A stretch of DNA of 58,213 bases, filler included, from Porpidia crustulata (lineage: Eukaryota), in the NCBI GenBank assembly GCA_964255105.1. It is 5 parts of 5 records of this genome, joined end to end, with 100 filler letters (N's around TTAATTAATTAA, not from the genome) between each part and the next. Parts side by side here need not be neighbours in the genome. Positions count along the whole stretch, not along the records: positions 46,673 to 58,213 come from CAXUWE010000639.1; 4 more parts are not named here. The stretch is one strand, 5' to 3'. Below are positions 51,499 through 58,213 of the stretch, piece after piece (within the stretch, counting starts at the first letter, position 1; every line of letters begins with the position of its first letter). The position numbers and the translations under genes are program-made. The notes beneath the pieces were generated by a model that saw only the letters and a program-made list of their open reading frames with translations, ran no database searches and was not told where the DNA came from.

Positions 51499-53263
51499 GT
51501 TGTTTGTACAAATGAGGAAGACTATGTTTCCCGCCTTGGCCGACCGCGGAGAAAGGTAACCTCCTCGCGTGCTTGAGGCTCAATATAGCATACTAACAAA
51601 ACACCAGAAGTGCCTAACCTGATGACTGTATTTTAAGGGCCTCAGCCCCTCTAGATGCAGCTATCCCCGCCTTCCGAGCTATCTTTTCCATAAAAGATCA
51701 TTATCAATCTTACTCATTGCTATAGCAGTCGATCATCGACAGTTCTTTGCAGTGATAACGTGACAGCTCTGCTCCGTAAGGTACGTGATATACTCTTTCT
51801 CACCCCTCAACGGGTCAACTGGTAGAGTAACCCTAACCCTATGCCATCTGACCAGTTGATGGGTAAAACGAGTATCTCTTATAGCTATCGAGTGTCCTAC
51901 TTAGAGTACTATCGAATACTAAGGCAGGTTCCAAACACTTGCGTTTCACGCATCACACCTTTTTAGCGACTCTGGTATTTAGAATTGGAGTCTCGAGGAT
52001 GGTCTATATGTTACCTTAGCGGTGGTTTGAGAGACGTGCGATATAAGAACTGAAAATGATTGTCACATCTACCCAGTCATTGCTGATTGGTATGTCATGA
52101 ATCCTTTCCTCCGATGCCGCTCGAATAGGGTGTGGGTTGTGCGGGATCCCTAAGTTGTTAGATTGAAAAAACTTCGTATTCTCGTTGGGCGTATTAGGTT
52201 TGGTTCATGGCGCAATGCTAATGTCGTTCGTTGATATACGTCCTCTTGTATCTCTAGAGGAGCGCAATATTCAAGCTCCAGAAGCAACATGAACATTCTT
52301 GATCAAGGATGTTAAGAAGAGTGCGAACCGAAATACAGTGGACATACCAACCCGGCGCTTATTGTTAGATATCAGCAACCTGATAGCTAGAGATTGTGAT
52401 TGACATTATCACGTGGCCCAGCTCGCTGCATCCGAAACAAGAGTTATAGCATGATCACTCAAATAAGTAATGTATGAGACTAACGCGGGTTCTTTCCCGT
52501 CTTTGTAGATATCATGAGCACCTTCAAGCTTTTGAAAAGTGACAAGGTATGGCAGGACGAGCAGATTGTAGAGCAACAAGATGCTGGAGCTCTTTGAAAG
52601 TGGCTGTTCGGGAGAAGGAAAGTTTCCTGGCAAAACCCGAGCTAGGCTTTGGAGACCCCTTACTCGTAGGACACAGTGACGACTATCTAAACAGCATTGT
52701 TTGTTCCAGTGAGCCAAAAGAGTTTTGAAAGCTTAGTATATTTGCGGCCACGGTATAGAGATATGAAGTTCTTGAGAATTCAAAAGCTATTGGTGACCAG
52801 AAGCCTGAGGGTAAAAGCGAGCTATTGACGTTGGCATGTGATAAGCTGATACAACATTTGGGAGAATCTGCCTCGCTATTCCATGGCATTACCTGTTGTA
52901 GCTGAATTTCTGTCAAGCGAGGTAAGATAGAAGTCTCTTGCCAAACGAAAACAGTAAAATGCTGCTGCCATCACAGACGTGACATACACTCAGTCCAGTC
53001 GAAGCCGAAAGTAAGGCGTGAGAGAAGCGATCATTAATTCAGCTCTTCCGCTTATATACAGTCTGGACAGACTAGCCATCCTAGACTTGTCACTGATTAG
53101 TCTAAGCTAGGGGATAATGAAGTGACATTAAGTGTTGACATTTCTTGTGTCTGTCAGATACAAGATAAAACTCGCAAGGTGCTATCAGACACAGGCTCAA
53201 TGTAGACGAAAGCACGTAGCTAGGTGACTGTTGAAGAAACGTGCACTGCAGGGGTGGGTCTTG

Positions 53264-53430
53264 GGCCAAACATCGAAAAGAAGCCCACCTAGCCCTATTT
53301 GCCAGCTAGGTGGCAATACCAGCGAAGCACCTCCTAGCCCTGCCAGGAGGCCAAACACCGAAAAGAAGCCCACCTAGCCCTACTTGCCAGCTAGGTGGCA
53401 ATACCAGTGAAGCACTTCCTAGCCCTGCCA
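53264..53430 (+). repeat. Tandem duplication, 85-bp period, each copy with a 9-bp hairpin
   Basis: 53264-53345 vs 53349-53430, 78/82 identical; CCACCTAGC...GCTAGGTGG stem in each copy. Confidence 0.95.
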
Positions 53431-54234
53431 ACATGTATGGCCGCTGTCGCAAACATCAAGGCTGACGCAGGAGGTGTCTGTAGATCTTTGTATCATAGGC
53501 AGCTTTTTTCTAATCTACGCATGCATGTCAACGTCGTATATGGAACCGCCGATGTCAAGATTCAGGACTGAAAATACGAATTTATTGTTCTTATCTTTAT
53601 AAGATCAAGTAAGAGGTGCAACTGAGCTGCAGTGACAGACAAATGTCGCCTGGCGTGAAGCCTATGAAGACTATGCCGCCTGCTCATTTTCCAAAAGTCA
53701 CATCATCGCCTCGCCATGCTTGTGCTCTCTTGAGTTCGAGTCTGTAGTGTACGTAATCTACTTGGCTGATATGATTCAATGGGCTTGAAGGAGTGCGTCT
53801 TAGTGAACCGTAAGCGGTGCAGATAATTAGTAGATCATGCCGCCGGATAAGTACCGTACGTGCGTACCTCGTTTGGCCATGACCTTTCCTGCCGACCGTC
53901 CTCTAGTGTCTCCAAGGGCGGAATGCAGTGGAAAGCTGGAACCCCTACCTGCCATGCTGTGCCTCAGTGGAGTGCATCTTCAACTGTCGTATGGGTTCCA
54001 ACGTCCAATTATCATCTCGGTTCCTCGCCAGGTGTTGCCTACTTGCGCACGCTGTTGGCCGCATTTGCATCGCGGTAGGTAAGTTTTGGACACCGCAAGC
54101 AGATGGTAGAAGCCATCTCACTGTGCCGGTAGAGCTATACAGGAAATCTCCATGCAGGTGCCGCTGAAGATTTCCAAGGCAGGTCTAACAACACTGTTCA
54201 CCCACCCCCACCCACACCCAGCAGGCCACACGAG

Positions 54235-54462
54235 AGCCCTAGGGTTAGGGTTAGCTCCAATACGAACATTCATGGCAATCTTTGTGGCGCAATGGATTCG
54301 ATTGAGATGGGATTTAAGTCCCGAGGATTTTGACGAATCCAACGACGAGGTGGGTGATTATAGGTCGGATTCAAGGTGCGAGGGTAGACTGGCTCACACA
54401 TTCTGCATTTTAAGCAAACGACCCAATATTCAGCCAATGAACCCTACTCTAACCCTAGGGCT
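54235..54462. repeat. 228-bp segment bounded by 14-bp perfect inverted repeats made of telomere-like sequence
   Basis: AGCCCTAGGGTTAG at 54235-54248 and CTAACCCTAGGGCT at 54449-54462. Confidence 0.6.
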
Positions 54463-55382
54463 TTGCAAAGACGGTTGGAAATGAGTACAGGCCATTGATG
54501 ATCTCGAGAATCCTCAAATCCACCAACAATTGTATGCGAAGTTGGGAGTGAGTCATCATGGGTCAATTGGTATTCCACCAAGAATCTTGCCGTTGATCAC
54601 CGTTCATCTATCTCAAACACTCATATATATATTCTCCGGAGCTAATTGCTCATTGTTTATCTCCACTCCACTGATCTGAATAATACTAGGCGTTACCTGC
54701 TGCAAGAGAGAAGTTGGCGTAATCTGCCGATTGCTGAGCACTGTACCGAATTACCTTTTCAGCGCCACGAGCACGAACTGAAGTAAGGAATATCAATGTC
54801 AACCGGAATCAGCGGTAGCAGGCAGATCGAGGCATCATCCTATTCTTGCCGACGTATTCGGCTTCTCAGACTTAGATTAAGCATGATACAATCGGCTCAT
54901 TGGCTCATGGGTTCATGCAATGCAATGATGAGGCGTGGTTTAACAGTCTCTTCGACGGCACAGCGGTGAGTGTGAGTGTGCTCGGGAATTCCCTCTAGGT
55001 TCCCTCAAACCAGACTACCCACTTGAAGATTTAGAGTGCGATTGAGTAGCAACGGTTGATCTGCAGGCTCGCTGATTCGTGTGAGATCAACGTTATCTCG
55101 CGGCATCTGGCAGCCCAGCTGGACCCCGTTGGGTCTAAGTATCGAGATATACGTGCGTTCAACAAGGCCCGGCTACCTGTATCCACTCTACATTCATTAC
55201 ACAATGAATATCGATTGGCTGATGGAGGGGAAGCTATGAAACCTGTCTTTATCATGGAGCTCTCCCCTTGACCCCGTTCTCTTTGTCGCTTCCGCCGACA
55301 GTATTTTTGATTTGTTTTTGAGAGAAATCCAAGTTGCGTCTCTCGTGTACCATTGTTCTACAAATCGGCCAAGCTTCCCAGT

Positions 55383-56751
55383 ATGCCCGTCTATGATGAT
55401 GCCGGCCGGATATCTAGGAGGGCTCTCGAGGTGCTGTCAAATTTGTGGAGAGAAGCATGTTGCTGACCTGTTCACCAGGCTTCTACCATTACTCTCTTTG
55501 CGATCGCTGTTGCAGCTGCCATGTTACGGACAATCCTAAGGCTTCACTATCGAAAACGTCTATTCGTCGATGATGGCTTTCTAATATTCGCTGTGCTCGT
55601 TGCCTCCGCGAGCCTTGGTGTATATTTTAAATTCATGGACTCCTTGTACTTGACAGCAACCGTTGAAAATGGACGTATTCCTCAGGCCGTCTCCGTGGAG
55701 GCCATGAAAAGCGCGGGATTAGATCTACACAAATTCGCGTCGGTTTACATCGAACTTACATGGACTTGCACGTTTGCGGTCAAACTCAGCTTTCTCGCTT
55801 TCTTCAAATCCCTAATAAGTCGTGTCCCTAGTATGGAACTCGTGTGGCGATGCGTTGTGGGTATGACCATAATCTCGTGGGTGGTGGTCCTCGTGGTCTC
55901 AATGCTCGCTTGCCCTCATTTCGATGAAAGAGCGTGTATGTTGTACATCCGTTACCCTAGCGCTATATTGACTGTACGATAGTAAGCTGTGGCGCAGTCG
56001 ACCAGCTCCCAAAAGCTATGGCCTTTACTAGTCTCGATGCTGTTTTGGATATTGTTACCGACCTAGCCAGTATATTTCCTCCTGACTGACAGATTGAGTC
56101 CAGCTGACGCCTTCCCAAGTCATTTCGATTCCTGTGCTTGTCCTCCGCCAAGTCCAAATGAGCATACGCACCAAGATCTACCTCGGTTTCTCACTCTGCC
56201 TCTCCGCTGCCATGATAATCGTAGTCATCACGCGCGCCTCCGGTATGAAAGTACGGGGCAGCAGTACTTTTGACACCGTTTGGGAAGTCCATTGGCAATG
56301 GATTGAATGCTGCATTGCTATTACCATGGTCTCGCTGACAGCCTTCCGCTCGTTCTTCATCCAGCATTCGACCCGTAACCAGTCACCACGGGAGCGACCT
56401 TGGTATGGCGGTATGAAGGCTGCGGCTACGTCCAAGAAGAGTAATGAGGAAAATGGCACTATTCACGAGTGGGTGCAGATGCCAGGAGGTAAAATATCAG
56501 GGATAAGATCGTTCATAAGTGGGCAGGGGAGAGAGCATACCGATGCGCATTTGTCTGGGACAGCAGTCAAGGGCGAAGATTTTTTTCCTTTGCAAGATCA
56601 GGAGCCACACGCAATTCGAGTGCAGCATGATTTCTCTACGCAATACGAGCCGGCAAGCTGCGCTTCATCCGGTTCTCTTGGGTCAAAGAAAGCTTGTCAA
56701 GTGCCACATTTATCAGAGGCGCCGAGAGAAGAGCATAGGAGTTTCGTATAG
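55383..56751 (+). CDS. PTH11-like 7-TM integral membrane protein (fungal rhodopsin-domain family, no CFEM seen)
   Basis: Exon 1 MPVYDDAGRISRRALE; intron 55431-55478; R...R.F.DDGFLIFA, AVKLSFLAFF, LDIVTDL, IPVLVL..VQM..RTKI.L..SLCL, W..IECCIAI...SL; further introns near 55936-55983 and 56070-56119. Confidence 0.85.
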
Positions 56752-58213
56752 GATACCCCGAGCACCGTTCTCTTACCTAGTGTGATCAAGACTACATCTC
56801 AAGCCGCGTTTAGTCGCTTTGATTGCCTTTCTAGACTAACGACAGAATGTGAAACGAGCAGCATTTCAACAGCTATGAGGATATTGTCATGTTTCGGATA
56901 CAAAGAAGAATGAACTTCTTCCAAACCTGACCTGTTGTGCAGCATATGAACTTGATCAAATCCAGCCAACAAATGAAGATCACTTGGCTATATAACCATT
57001 ACTAGACAAGATGTTATGTCCTCCGAACTGAGTGAAAGACAACAGCATAAAATCCATGATCTCTCCTCCACCAAGCCACCGCTTCTAAGCTTCAGTTCCG
57101 AGGCCTATCTTGCACATCTGTTGTGTGCTCTAGTCCCTTTTAAGAAGGTACGAGGGGGCAAGTCTATAAGATATACCAAAATTTACATTACTGATCAACA
57201 AACAATATCTAGACCATATCCATCCGAAACCAAGAGACTTTCCCCGACAAATAATTCCATTCTCATCACCCGTCCTCTCGAGAACCGCAACAAAGCGGTC
57301 TTTGAACAACGTTGACCTCTCACATTTGCTGAATTATTTCAATTGTGTCGCAGCCCAAGGCTGTTCAGTAATTTCTACAGTCATTAAAGCGTTCACAAGA
57401 CACCTCAAAGGTTGATTTTTCTTGGTCTCCTTGCCATGTGTGTCAAGCCATGATGGCAAAGTCCTTTGAGCTAGTTAATAAAGGTGGAAGCGCAAGTATT
57501 GATAAGATCTTCCATACTGCAGCCACGGACTTTTATTGCAAGCAAGAGTTTATAGCATTTCCACCCTCACAAATCTTCTTGAATCTTCATCCTCATCCTA
57601 AAAACCGACTAGCGGTCATAAAAATACCACATCCACCATACCCAACAATAACAACTAAACAAGCCTTCAAAAACTTACTCCTCACAACAAACCCGCGACA
57701 ATTTCTCCTTCCCCATCTAACACAACACCCCCATATTCCGACTTCCTGGTCACAGACTATCCTGCGGATGACTGATTTCGCAGACCTTGCAAATAGTTAG
57801 CTCTGCGGGACATTCATTTCTCAGCCTTTATTAGACAAAATGTTTCTAGGATATTTAGAGAAATACGCAGATGAATTATTAATAAAAAGGTAGGAGCTTG
57901 TAGGCGTCGCCACCATCATCGCATTCTATTCTTTTTCTAATCTACTTTTACTTTTTGTTTTAGCTCGTGTCATGTCTGAGGATTCTAAAGATAATGGTTC
58001 TTGTTATGCTTCTGACTAGATTAGATTAGATAGGTGTGTCCCAATCTAAGGGCTAGTTGCTGACATCGACGATTGATTTTTCGGACCAGAAATGCTGGGC
58101 TTTCCCTTTGGGTTGAGTTTATCTCACATTGTTAGCGAGTGGGAGCTATCAAACCCCTCCTCCACTTATGAAATCCCATACTCTTTGATACATACGAAGA
58201 AACATCCCATCAA

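Noticed and set aside
51828..51841. Telomerase RNA template candidate (TAACCCTAA) in a long non-coding region
   Set aside because: The same motif occurs at several unrelated sites, and I could not identify a pseudoknot or CR4/5 domain by eye; a covariance-model search would be needed.
53264..53430. CRISPR-like palindromic repeat array
   Set aside because: Only two units, the would-be spacers are near-identical, the context is eukaryotic and no cas genes are present.
57000..58213. Short ORFs at the end of contig 5
   Set aside because: No recognisable motifs; composition suggests non-coding or decayed sequence.

Overview
Filamentous-ascomycete (Pezizomycotina) genomic DNA with short GT-AG introns and CTRAC branch sites; nothing here looks prokaryotic. 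The window is five unlinked contigs of about 11.5 kb (1-11590, 11691-23269, 23370-34927, 35028-46572, 46673-58213), sorted by decreasing length and joined by artificial 100-nt N/TTAATTAATTAA/N linkers, so gene order across linkers carries no information. Contigs 1, 3 and 4 carry core genes: an NDUFAF7/MidA-like methyltransferase, a cysteine synthase-like gene, Scm3, ATG6 directly followed by an ATG14-like gene, RPC34, STI1, tricalbin, PHO84, SGD1/NOM1 and LPD1. Contigs 2 and 5 look accessory. Contig 2 has a ~165-bp MITE-like hairpin, an F-box gene, and a HeLo + PD-(D/E)xK-like nuclease fusion broken only by three in-frame stops. Contig 5 has a disrupted B-box-like/GBP-like GTPase/RING-like/patatin gene, a hairpin-containing 85-bp tandem duplication, a 228-bp element bounded by telomere-like inverted repeats, and a PTH11-like membrane protein. 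The best candidates for undescribed biology are the two cell-death/immunity-like domain fusions and the physical linkage of ATG6 and ATG14. All calls come from reading motifs by eye; no database searches were run.
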